The notes under the pieces: model-generated
The model's input: the letters and a program-made list of their open reading frames with translations, nothing else
Told to the model about the DNA's origin: nothing
Database searches by the model: none
From: Trichoplax adhaerens
Taxonomy: Eukaryota > Animalia > Placozoa
Length of the DNA stretch: 64,000 bases
Direction of reading: 5' to 3'
Assembly: GCF_000150275.1 (NCBI RefSeq)
Contig: NW_002060962.1
Span: 923,205-987,204 of the forward strand
Position numbers and translations under genes: made by a program
Part shown: positions 13,967-25,672 of the stretch, piece by piece
Numbering within the stretch: position 1 is the stretch's first letter
Layout of the letters: every line of letters begins with the position of its first letter

Positions 13967-14432
13967 TTATACTGTACATTGTACAGCAATGTAAGTTTGG
14001 AAATACTTTACTGTACTGTACAGTGTACTGTACAGTGTACAGTGTACTGTACAGTGTACAGTGTACAGTACAGTAGACGGTTCAGTACAGTGTACAGTAA
14101 TTTTGGGGAGAAATACTGTACAGTACTGTACTGTACACTGTACAGTATGTACAGTATCATAAAGCACGAAGTACAGTACTACAGTATGCACTGTACACTG
14201 TACACTGTTTGAAACTGTTTGAAACGTGTTTGTGAAGTGAAACCACTGTTTGAAGCGCACATTGTTTGAAACGTGTTTGTGAAGTGAAATCACTGTTTGA
14301 AGCGCACACTGTTTGAAACGTGTTTGTGAAGTGAAACCACTGTTCTGAAACGTACACTGTTGGCCCACCGTACTGTACTGTACAGTACAGTGTACAGTGT
14401 ACACTGTACAATGTGTACTGTACCCCGTACTG
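13960..14432. repeat. Self-complementary TACAG/TACTG/TACAGTG low-complexity satellite flanking a 47-bp tandem repeat
   Basis: Dense runs such as tactgtactgtacagtgtactgtacagtgtacagtg. A further patch lies at 14788-14920. Confidence 0.9.
14216..14360. repeat. 47-bp tandem repeat, 3 copies
   Basis: Unit tgtttgaaacgtgtttgtgaagtgaaaccactgtttgaagcgcaca(t/c) starts at 14216, 14263 and 14310; the third copy diverges at its end. Confidence 0.92.
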
Positions 14433-15102
14433 CAAACACTTTTCAATGGACGATGACGTCATCGAAATGACTCTGATTGCTGTAGAAACATAGAGAAAGC
14501 TGTCACGTATCTTCAGTGATATTGAAGGCAGCCTAACTACTTCCTGTATGCCTGCCGCTAGTATGGGGGATTTCTTCTTTCTAGCACTTGTAAAACTATC
14601 CATGAAAAGTGTATGCTGTACTAGGGAATCTCTCAGGCAGGGACTACTCTAGAGAAAGTTTGTACTTTCTCTTTCTAATTTGTCAGCTCTTTCGCCTTCA
14701 AAAGATAATCTCAAGGAAACTAGTCCAGTAGTGAATCAATCAGTACGGGATCGGACGGATGATGAGACAGTGTTCGATTGCTGTCAACTACAGTGCTCAG
14801 TACTCAGTACAGTCCTGTACAGTACTGTACTACCATACTGTACAGTACTGTACACTTGTACAGTACATGCAGACTTCCACCAGTATGTACAGTACTGTAT
14901 ACTGTACACTGTACAGTAGTACCGTAGTCTTATTTTACCTACTAGTCACTGTAGTCTCTTCCAGTTGCAGTGTTAAAGGTGAAACTGGTGATCGGAGCTT
15001 GGTGAGGGAGAAAGAAACAAAATCCAACGGGTAGTTTCTATGCTAATCGAAAAGATTGAGAGTTAAAAAGCAAAATAAAACAGTTTATGCTCTTCATACA
15101 AT

Positions 15103-17608
15103 ATGACATCTTCCAATTTGAAGAAAGCGTAAGTTTGATCTCCAAAATGGTTGAATAGGATGTTAAGTTCACTTATTCACACTTTACAAATATAATCATC
15201 ACAGTGCCAATGAATTGCCTAGAAATACCCTATAATAGATTGTAGAAGGAATGGACTACTGCAATAGTAATATTATTATTTATTTTTATGACTGGATGGA
15301 ATAGTTATAAGACAAGCAAAGAAAACCGCTTTATCTGCTAGTTAAAATGTGTATTTGTCAAGTCCTGCTTGGCTTACTACAGATGATAGCCACCAGTAGA
15401 GGTATCATCTTATAAAATAGCAACGGACACCACAATCAATGCTGATGAGCTTGATACTCGTATGTCTTCTGTTTGATAGTATAGCCGAGTTCCATCTTTC
15501 GCATCGTCCTTATTTTACCCTAAACGCTTAGCTATGAATATTAAAGTAGCAATCGTCATGCTGATTGATATGGGTAATGCGATGGTACATGACAAGTTGT
15601 TTTCCTTTTAGCAAGATGAAAACATACCCTAGTGCAGTGTATACTGTATATTAGCGGAAACAGACTGTTGACAATGATTATTACAAGCCCTGAATGCATA
15701 GCTTAATTAAGAAATTGCTTGCAATTGCCGTAAAATTCAGAAAGTTGCCGATAAATTCCATTTCATTCCTGGCCGGCTTGTTTGTTATAAAACTCTTCCT
15801 GATGAAACAATTGTTCGTCTATTATTATAATCTTCTAATTTCAGGATGTAACGATCAGTGTAATTCTATATTTTTATCATTGATTATCCGTATTGATCTA
15901 GGTTAATGCGATATTGATATGTGCTTGTTAGTAGGATTTATTGTAGATACAAGTAGAATATTATTTATGTAGGCCGAATAGTACATAATCGAATGCTTGT
16001 ATTAAAAAAATCAAAATTTCAAAAAATTGTAAAAACTTTTTTCGTTCATTTTAGAGATGTCAAGATTGTAATCATGGGAGAATCAGGAGTTGGCAAAACC
16101 TCATTTATCGGCCGTTATTTGAAAGGAACTTTTTCCGTCCAACCACATGTGAGTATAATAAATTGGTAGAATGATATAGCGGCACGAGTTAGAAGCTTGC
16201 CGCTTAGCAAAATGTTTATCTAATAGTCTGTGCCTTGTGTTTATACAAGTTGATCTTAAAGATGAGAAAGTGATGACCGAAGCACTTACACTTCATTTTC
16301 ACAAATGTTATACAGTATAGGCCGGGTCATGTGTAGTGTAATTACTTAAGAGCAAGTACATTCGGCAGTACTAATCTTACAGTAGTGAATCTATCAACGA
16401 TATTCGTTGTTAATAAGCTAGATGTTAATGTTTCAGTATGTGTAAGTTAAAGTTTATTGAATAGTTGAGCAGAAGTACTGCTTAATGTTACGTTGGATCG
16501 AGATAGAAAGTCTCCAACTTTTGAGTAAATAATTTACGTAATTTATTCGAAAATCAGATCATTATAATGTTGTAGTAGTGCTTTGTCTATGTGAACGACA
16601 ATCCGTGTATCATAGTTTTTGTGTGTTATTGTTTGTTATAGATGCTTCATAAACATATCGTAGTCGTATATGCTGAAGTAGACCATACTTGTAATTGAGG
16701 CATTACTTTCAAATAATTATGTTGCATTATTCATCGTCGTTCTATGTCAAATTGTTCCATCGAATTTATTGTTTCATATCGCATTCTAGACTATGGGTGC
16801 TGCTTTTAGTATGCAGAAATGGGGTCATTATAACGCTGCGATTTGGGTAAGACAATATCGTCGGTTTGCTGAATTGGACATTTGTTACTATACTAATAGC
16901 TAGTTATAGCTTTTTACTACCATATACGTATAGAGTGTATTTTACCAATGATATACCATTAAAATGAGCCTTTGTGAAGCGTCTAATATTATCCCTAGTT
17001 TTAGGTAGTATTAACCTAGACGACTACTCACCACTTGCTCGTATATCGAAAATTACAGCAAGCATATGTATTAAATTCTCTACTATCTTGAAATGTCTTT
17101 TCTTACTTAGGATACTGCTGGGGAAGAGAGATATGGACGCTTAACATCATTTTATTGTCGTGGTGCTTCTGGAGTTATTATTGCATACGATATTACCTCG
17201 AAAAAGTCATTCGATACACTGAAGGAAAGATTCATACCGTTGCTCGATGAGAATGATACCCATGTACTTGTTGCTGTTGTTGGTACGAAGAAAGACTTAA
17301 TCGATACAGCGGGTAGAGAAGTATCGCAAGAGGATGGCAAAACAATGGCTATAAATTTAAACGAGAATTGGCAGGGTCAAAAGTTGCAACAGATCCCATT
17401 CTTTGAAACTAGCTCTAAGGCTGGAATAAATGTAAAGGAAGTTTTTAAATTTTTGTTATCGAATTTATTACCATTAGATGATTCAAATAATACGAATTTG
17501 GAGCAATTGAATAATTCTAAATCGCAAAACACTGTGGATACTATTACTTTAAGTAATACAAGACCAAAAAATAGTCAACAAACAGGCAAAAGTGGTTCAT
17601 GTTGTTAA
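15103..17608 (+). CDS. RAB20: Rab20-like small GTPase
   Basis: Exons 15103-15128, 16055-16148, 16790-16846 and 17111-17608. Motifs: P-loop GESGVGKT; shortened interswitch TMGAAFSMQKWGHYNAAIWDTAGEE as in Rab20; FYCRGA; GTKKD; ETSSK; C-terminal CC prenylation site. Confidence 0.82.
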
Positions 17609-19583
17609 ATATCATTGGCTGTGTATTTTATTAGACTTAATTATGCTATAAACTGCAGTATCACGTAATTTATATCATGTATTATTTATCACAATCTTAT
17701 CGTAAAGTGGATTTTAGATCGAATAGAAATTTTTTATGAACAAAACAGTCCTATATACGTTTAATTATATGTAAAAATATCAGAAAGAAAATGTTTTAGA
17801 TGTACAGTGATAGTTGTGAGATATAAAATTTTGGGTTTGTATTTGCCAACATTTTTATCAAGTAATTGATGATTTGTTACTCAGGTGATGAGCAAATCAG
17901 TAAAATATAGCTAGTTTCTTTTTCTAATTGATAAATGTAGAAAGCTGATATTGAACCGCTATTTTTAATTATTATAATATGTAGGCAGACATAGTAATCA
18001 AAATTGAAAATGTTAGCATCCTTAATTAAAATCAAGTCCTTAATTACAGTGCATATCTCAGCAACTTGTCCGATTATAATAATTATTATCATTTTTGTTT
18101 GAACTTCATCTTCTGTGGATAATGCTCATTTTTAGATCTAATCTCCGTCATTTCAGAGTTAAAACTTTATGTAATATCAAAAATTCCATTTATCCAAATG
18201 CAAACAAATATATATATAACAAATTTTTGACCTTAAGTAAATTGATGTAGTAACTTTTTTCATCAACTACTGGGTTCAAACTCATTGCCTTAACCCTGCA
18301 ATTTGATCAAAATACAGGCAGTAAATTAACTATTAACTAAAGATAACCATCTCCAATAACATGTGTAAAGCTGCATTGGAAAACTTATTATTTTTATTTC
18401 GTAAATTTTACAATATGTGCTTATGAGCTCTAACGAAATACTAATTATAGTGAATACCAATTTAAGCTTAAAATAAATATGATGAAGATTACTAGGTGGA
18501 TGAGTGACTAATATCAAATCTTATACTGTGTCTTTTTAAGATTCTAGATGTCGTACATATATTATTCAACGCATGCATGAATACTTTACTGTTACACTTT
18601 TAATCAGCTTCAATTTTCATGCATTTCATATTCGCACATGGGTTAAATTATAACTATTTTTCCCGATATCAATTATTTTTTAAGTCAGTTTCATAATTAA
18701 TGTAAGGTTTAGCGACTATCAAACTCTTTTCTCGTATCTTTTGGCTTCCGTAATATTATATAATCGTACTTTAGGCTTATGCAAGCAGTAACAGATCATC
18801 TTATTTGCAATCCTGTTGGTAGATACTCTTGTACAGAAAACATTTTTAGCTCTGTTAAAAGGGACATGATAGAGCTTGCTTCTTGTTGAATTTATTAATG
18901 AAAATATATGCTAGCTAATCATTGCCTGTGACTAATAGTACTTCAAGTTATGCAAAAGAAATGAGATTCAGAACACAATAGATAACCAACAAAATTGGGA
19001 GCAGTTGGTCGGTAGGAACAGCTACTTTGTCTGTAGATGGAAGCAGTCCATGCCTGTTTGTTAGATAGCTACAAATATTACCATAACAAATTTAGGAACT
19101 TTGCAAGAGACGGCAAATAAGTCTTACAATATTTTAAAGGGAGATCAATTTTGCAAACGCAATTCTGGTAGCCCATATACATCTCAAATACTGTATTACA
19201 ATAGCTTGATAATCAGATAAATAAACTGGTGGAATGATACAAATTATATATTACAGATATCATTAATTATGGTAAATAAAATGAATTAGATCCTCGTATA
19301 ATTAAAAAGTCTTTACCTATAGACAAAACTGTCTACACTTGCATATACGCGTAAACTACATTTTAGAGTGGAATTTATCAGGTACAAAGTCAGGTTTATA
19401 TGAATTTTTCGACTTGGTCCACTAATTATAATCAATTGGTATTACGAAAACGTACTCGTAAATATACTTTAACAATTAATAGATAAATAAGATCATCAAG
19501 AGATTTTGAAAGTGTAGCATTATTGCGAGGGCAGACAGTATTATTTCCCCTTTGCGGTTATAGAAAGGATAGGATATACTAAT

Positions 19584-21110
19584 TTATAGATCTTGATGAC
19601 CTTTGTCAAAAGCTGATTTTAAATTTGCAGATTTTTCAGCATTAATCATTAAATGATAATAAAAATTGATGGTTTGCTCATAATTTTTGATTTTAATTTT
19701 TTCATTGTTTCCATGGATTCCCTTTAATTCAGCACTGTTTAAAAAGGAAGGTGCAAATCGATATATATTCTTACTGAGTTTGACGAAGTGTTTCGAATCG
19801 CTGGACGCAATGAAAAGTGCTGGAGCTACGGGTACTTCAAATATTTGATATATACTTTGATGCAGAATTCGATAGCCATCAGAATCGGTTGGCGAAATCG
19901 GTGAAGGTTCATATGCACTGAGTATTTTAACCTTTACTCGATCATCTTGGATTATTTTTTTATCAATTTTGAGAACATCCGCCACTGATTGCAGTGGATG
20001 AATACGATGGTTTACCACTGCTTTTGCTGTTGATGAAATGACGTTCCACTTTACACCAGCATTAAACATAGTTAAGGCGGTAGTGGTGCGTATAATTGCG
20101 TTTGTATTCGGTTTTAATGCAAATGCGCGAGCGATTAGAGGTCCAAAAAGCCATAAATTAGCCATTAGAACGCGATGCGGTAATGTCATTTTGTTTACTA
20201 CGTACTCTAACAATAATCGTTCGGGTCCTTTTCCAAAGAAGTTCTCATGGGGATTTTGCTCTAATGATACCATAGCCTTCGATAAGATGCCAATGCTAGT
20301 TTCTCCAGCTGGCATTGAAGCATGTCCTGGAGTGACAGAGACACTAAATTCGAATGTTGCCATACCTTTTTCAGCGATACCAATTAATGCGACGGGGGTT
20401 TGCATGCCTGGTAATATGCCATCCGCTACGACCATCCCTTCATCAGAAATAAAGTCGAGCGTTATTCCTCGTGAAGAAAAGTAATTGGCAACCGCTTTTG
20501 CACCTCGGAGACCCGATACCTCTTCGTCATGACCCATCGCCATATAAAATGTACGAATAGGTCTTTGACCTTTAGCCAGTCTAAATTCTAGTGCTTCCAT
20601 CATACCGAATAACGTTTGCTTGACATCAAGTGTACCTCGACCGAAAATATAGCCTTCTTTAACAGTGGCTGAAAAGGGATCAACTTGCCATTCTGCAGCC
20701 TTGGCAGGGACTACATCTAGATGGCTAACCAGCATGTATGGAGGTAAGGTGCTATTTGTGCCTTCAACACGATATAACAAGGTATAATTTGCAAACAAGA
20801 TACGTTGGATAAAGTTGGATGAATGGATAAGTGGAAACGATTCTTGAATATGATCATGCAATTGTAGAATGGCTGTGAAATTACAATTATCGATAGATGT
20901 GCATACCGTTGGTATTTGAATAGCAGTTCTAAAGTGTTGCAATCTTACATCATTTAATGGGATAAAGTCCGAATCCGATACTTTACACTTCTCAAAATAG
21001 GGTTGAGCGTCAGGGAAGGTAACAGTTCTGATAATAACTGCAACGATAATCACGCCTAATATTAGTAATAGTGATTTCAGTATAAGCGATAAAATCTTTC
21101 TTGTTTTCAT
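19584..21110 (-). CDS. PM20D1: PM20D1-like M20 metallohydrolase (N-acyl amino acid synthase/hydrolase), intronless CDS, copy A
   Basis: ATG at 21110 and an N-terminal hydrophobic anchor. Motifs: SHLDVVP, GRGTLDVK, GHDEEV, DEG, GHASMP, RTTTALT and IHGNNE. Confidence 0.92.
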   Translation of the reverse strand: MKTRKILSLILKSLLLILGVIIVAVIIRTVTFPDAQPYFEKCKVSDSDFIPLNDVRLQHFRTAIQIPTVCTSIDNCNFTAILQLHDHIQESFPLIHSSNFIQRILFANYTLLYRVEGTNSTLPPYMLVSHLDVVPAKAAEWQVDPFSATVKEGYIFGRGTLDVKQTLFGMMEALEFRLAKGQRPIRTFYMAMGHDEEVSGLRGAKAVANYFSSRGITLDFISDEGMVVADGILPGMQTPVALIGIAEKGMATFEFSVSVTPGHASMPAGETSIGILSKAMVSLEQNPHENFFGKGPERLLLEYVVNKMTLPHRVLMANLWLFGPLIARAFALKPNTNAIIRTTTALTMFNAGVKWNVISSTAKAVVNHRIHPLQSVADVLKIDKKIIQDDRVKVKILSAYEPSPISPTDSDGYRILHQSIYQIFEVPVAPALFIASSDSKHFVKLSKNIYRFAPSFLNSAELKGIHGNNEKIKIKNYEQTINFYYHLMINAEKSANLKSAFDKGHQDL

Positions 21111-21896
21111 TTCTTTTGCAAGAGTTACCAGCAACGGCTAATACGAGTAGCTATGAGCAAATATCGTCAGCTAATCAATCAATGGCGGCCAATCTTGAAT
21201 CTCTCGACACCGACTGCAGTATCCTGTACAATATACACTATTATATGGTACTATAGTACACTACTGTATAGGACTGTATTCAGTATACTGTGCAAGTAGG
21301 AGGAGAGAGGTGTGTACTATTATTGTTTAACTAACTAGAACTAGAAGTTTTTCTACTGCCATTTGCAATTGGTTAATTATCGATGGTGCCAACAGGTACA
21401 AATATCATCCAACAGGCTCATCAGTTTGGCTTGCCATAGGATCGAAGACTGAATGGAGGTATAACTTGAGATTTCTGTTCTGTACGTATGCCATCTATTT
21501 GCAACTTGCTGCTGTCAATTAGTATAAGTATCATCAGATACGCCTAGCAGATTGCGTTGCTATAGAACCGAAGCAGAATCAAGCTACAACTTGAAGTTTT
21601 GATATTATATATCAACTACAGTGTTTGCAATAAGTTGTTGCCAACCGGCTCAAACATCATCGGATGCAAATCAGATACAAAGTACGTTGCCATAGGACAT
21701 TAAACCGAGTCAAGCGGTCATCTGAGGTTTTACGAGTATACCAGTTATTTTGCTTGCTTGATACAGCTATTTTGGAAGGTACTGGTTAGGACAGCGGCGT
21801 AGGCCACAGATAGAGTTAATTAGCTAACATCGTGGTAATGATATGCTTACAACAAGGTAAAACCATCATTTTACCTATTAGATACTGCTTGTCAAT

Positions 21897-23423
21897 ATGG
21901 GTGTCATCAATTTTATAATAAGATTTATTATTGGTGCTATTGCGAGCATTACGCTAATCGTAACGATTAGAATGATAACTTTTCCTAGTCATCAGGTTAA
22001 TGTAGGCGAATGTAGCGTTAAAGATGATGACTTTATCCATCTATCGCAGCAAGCTATTGAACGTTTTCAACAGTCACTCAGATTACAAACTATATTTAAT
22101 GAAAATGAAAGTTTTAATACATCGGCTTTTCTTGCACTTCATCAACATCTTGTCGATAATTATCCTCTCATTCATAATGCATCATTTATATCTCGTGAAA
22201 TAATCAACAGCTATAGTCTTCTTTATACCATCAACGGTAGCAATCCAGCGTTAACACCGTATATGCTAACTGCACATCTCGATGTTGTCCCTGCTAAGAA
22301 AGACGAATGGAGTTATGATCCATTTAGTGCTCATATTGTGGATGGATTTATCTACGGTAGAGGAACACTAGATGATAAAAATGGTGTTATCGGCTTGATG
22401 GAAGCATTAGAATTTCGTTTACGTAAGAAAATCATGCCCAAAAGATCCTTTTACTTGGCTTTCGGTCATGATGAAGAAGTGACAGGTCTGCATGGAGCTT
22501 ATCATATTGGAAAGATACTAGCTGATAGAGGGGTTGAGCCCGATTTTATTTTGGATGAAGGCATGATGATTGTTAGTGACGGAGCACCTGGTGTAAAAGG
22601 GCCTGTTGCTTTTGTTGGTATTACTGAGAAAGGCTATGCTACTCTTCAGTTAACAGTAGCCAACGGTACTGATCATGATATAGTGCCAGAAGTAAATTCA
22701 AACATTGGTATTCTAGCTCAAGCTGTTTCGACGTTAGAAAGAGTCGGCCATCGTAATTTATTCGGTAGTGGACCAGAAGTAATAATGTTGGAACATTTGG
22801 CTCCTCTAATGGGATTTTCCTATCGAATAATCATGACAAATTTATGGCTGTTTTCATATGTTGTAAGTCTTCAATTCGATGCGGATGCTGCAACGCGTGC
22901 TTACATTAAGACGACCACAGCTTTAACTATGTTCCATTCTAACAGTGATTCAATCAATGTTGGCTCTTCATCAGCTACAGCTATTATTAATCATCGTATA
23001 CATCCATCCCAATCGGTAACTGAGGTTATCAACTACGATAAAGCCATCATTAATGATGATCGTGTACAATTTAAAATACTAGACTCTTACAATCCTCCAA
23101 GATTATCACCCATTGATTCTTTTGGCTATAAGGTTATTTATAAGAGTGTTCGCCAAGTGTTTAAAAATGTGCCAGTTATACCATCTGTTATGATTGGAAA
23201 TACTGATACTATACACTATCTGCATTTAACTAGAAATATTTATCGATTTTCGCCGTCTTGTTTATCAGCTACGACAGATTTAAAGAGAATACATGGAATT
23301 GATGAGAGAATAAGTTTACAAAATTATCAAGAAACACTAAACTTCTATTTTCATGTTTTCGATAATGCTGATAAAGGGATAAATCTTCCTGATCGGGATA
23401 AAGAGAGAGCAATGGAATTTTAG
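21897..23423 (+). CDS. PM20D1: PM20D1-like M20 metallohydrolase, intronless CDS, copy B
   Basis: N-terminal anchor. Motifs: AHLDVVP, GRGTLDDK, GHDEEV, ILDEG, GNTD and IHGIDE. Confidence 0.92.
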   Translation: MGVINFIIRFIIGAIASITLIVTIRMITFPSHQVNVGECSVKDDDFIHLSQQAIERFQQSLRLQTIFNENESFNTSAFLALHQHLVDNYPLIHNASFISREIINSYSLLYTINGSNPALTPYMLTAHLDVVPAKKDEWSYDPFSAHIVDGFIYGRGTLDDKNGVIGLMEALEFRLRKKIMPKRSFYLAFGHDEEVTGLHGAYHIGKILADRGVEPDFILDEGMMIVSDGAPGVKGPVAFVGITEKGYATLQLTVANGTDHDIVPEVNSNIGILAQAVSTLERVGHRNLFGSGPEVIMLEHLAPLMGFSYRIIMTNLWLFSYVVSLQFDADAATRAYIKTTTALTMFHSNSDSINVGSSSATAIINHRIHPSQSVTEVINYDKAIINDDRVQFKILDSYNPPRLSPIDSFGYKVIYKSVRQVFKNVPVIPSVMIGNTDTIHYLHLTRNIYRFSPSCLSATTDLKRIHGIDERISLQNYQETLNFYFHVFDNADKGINLPDRDKERAMEF

Positions 23424-25345
23424 AATGAATGCCTGCTTAATATTGTGATATTCTCATAAGTATCAATGAATGTGATATACCGTATGTCAAGATATACAGA
23501 TATAGATTGCTTTTATCCAGAATTTTAGTACAGAAATTTTTAGATATTGTTTCATATAAGTACGCGTGGTATTCAACTCCATATTTCCAATGTTAAACAT
23601 AGTATTTGAGATGGTATATACATATGTAGATTTATAGCCTATTTTTACAGGAAATGTTTTAATGGTAAGTCATATCATCCTGAATGATATTTAGTAAAGG
23701 AGATAATTATTTTTATTAAATAAAATTTTTTACTTCAAATTAATATCTCTAATATTCATCCGGCTTAGCTAGCTAGTGTTAATTAATGTAGAGTATGCAG
23801 ATGGCGTTGTACTTTATCATTAATACTTGCAATAGTAAAAGGGTATAAGCATGTTTGGGGCTTGTTGCCTTATGATCCATAAATTTATTTTATTAAACTA
23901 TTAAGTCCTACTACAATTGTAAAACCTGGAATTATTTATACAATGGGTCATAATAGTAGCCTAGTGGCGTAAATGATGATACTGTACATTATAATTTACT
24001 TTCTATCAATGATAAATACGTGTTTCAACATTTCAATCACTACTATTGGCTAAGTTTTGTATCTATTTGCATGATTTAGCTAAAAATAAATAATTAATGA
24101 TAGTATTACTATTCATATGAATTGAAGACTAATATAATAGATCAATCTGACTTCTAATAGTATTAGATAACGATTTAATATAAGCCATTTATACATCATC
24201 GCCTAATAGCATCGTTTACATATTCTCTCGTTAATTCTACTGATAATCCTATTGCGACGTTTCTATCCGATATATTGATTCACCATGAACATGTATAGCG
24301 GCTGGCTCATGAACATAGTGCAAATTTTGTATAGTACAACTCTTAATAGTGTAAGATTTAACACTTTATACGCTAGGGGGCAAGAACATTGCCGCTGAAT
24401 CACTAATCCACTGTGATTGAAATATATCTCGGTCTAAGTACTGCTAATCTTGCCACTATTCTGCTATAACTTAAGGCATTTGTAGAGTACAATAAACAAA
24501 CAATACAAACGAAGCGTATTGTGTTGAAGCATCTATTTATTCTTATAGTATCTGTATCCTTTTTATTATTGATGATGGTACACTATATAGGATGCTTATA
24601 TGCGAAGTCTACCAATGGTGATATACTGAATTCAGTAACTAATCAATACTAAAGTATACGCTTATAGTCAAAAATACTTTTGTACTGTAGTATAGCGACA
24701 ATATTTAATGAAGGTGCTCTATACTTTCTAATTTTATTATGGTTTTTAAAGTCTAGTTTGAGTTCATGAATAGCAATTAACTATTAATTAATTCTATAGA
24801 CTATAATTAATCGATATTTGCTGTAAAAGCTAATATCAAATTATTCGTGTGGGCAGGGCTTTTAATTCTCGAATCTAACTAGATAGTATTGAATATAATT
24901 AACTATATTAACTGGAAATAATAATTAACAAAGGTACAGCAAATATACCGCGACATCATATATTTGATTTGGTTGATAGTTTAATTTTATTCCAAGAAAA
25001 GCATCGCTAAAATTAAAAGGTAATCATTATGATCAATCATTTGAAGATATTTAATTTTTACTAGTTACTAATAAAAATACTTATCAACGTCAGGTAGACC
25101 AGTTATTTTCTGCCATTAGATATCTTTAAAGTTATAATGTACATTACCTGAATCGTTATCACGAAAGCAGTATTACAACCATTAGTCGTCCAAATGGAAG
25201 CTAGTAGTGTTTAAATTTTTTAAATTACATAAACTTGAGAAGTTAGAATTTGCCTTGTGGATTTCGACTCATTCTGTACAAATCATATTACGTTCGTTAC
25301 AGGGAAATTAAAGGCGAGCGTTTAATTCCTACTGTATAAGTTAGC

Positions 25346-25672
25346 ATGGGAAAAGCTCTATCAAAGAATAAAGGTTCGGCTGCCTTTCGGGTTGGATTCC
25401 TAAATCAGAAAGGAATAGTAGTAGGCAAAGGAACTATAACCATATCCAGAACCAAGCTTGAATTTATTAGTAAAAGCAAAAAACAGGAATACGAGTGGCC
25501 ATTGACGACAATATCACGCTATGGTTCCGCAAATGGAACTTTTACCTTTGAAGCTGTCGACTCCAACGAACAGAGCGCTATGTATTGCTTTACATCATCT
25601 AAAACGGATAGAATGGAAGCTTTTCTTGATCAAAAAGTTCAAGAATATCAAAAGAAGCAAGAAAAAAATTAA
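25346..25672 (+). CDS. IRS/FRS2/DOK-type PTB-domain-only protein with N-myristoylation motif
   Basis: An in-frame TAA at 25337 fixes the start. MGKALS fits MGxxxS. GKGTITISRTKLEF...WPLTTISRYG...FTFEA...YCF aligns with the FRS2 PTB. Confidence 0.75.
   Translation: MGKALSKNKGSAAFRVGFLNQKGIVVGKGTITISRTKLEFISKSKKQEYEWPLTTISRYGSANGTFTFEAVDSNEQSAMYCFTSSKTDRMEAFLDQKVQEYQKKQEKN

Noticed and set aside
14216-14360. CRISPR-like periodicity in the 47-bp array (also 30200-31285)
   Set aside because: There are no unique spacers and no cas genes, and the context is eukaryotic; these are ordinary tandem repeats.
13329-15034. Many overlapping C/T/V/Y/Q-rich ORFs (also 5965-6599)
   Set aside because: They are translations of the TGTACA satellite and the dispersed repeat, with no domain-like features.
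15441-15465. CTGATGA hammerhead ribozyme-like core
   Set aside because: It is not followed by stem II plus GAAA, so the catalytic core is incomplete.
20038-20484. 148-aa ORF on the + strand, and similar ORFs at 11489-11809, 17152-17340 and 45315-45822
   Set aside because: These are antisense shadows of real coding sequences.
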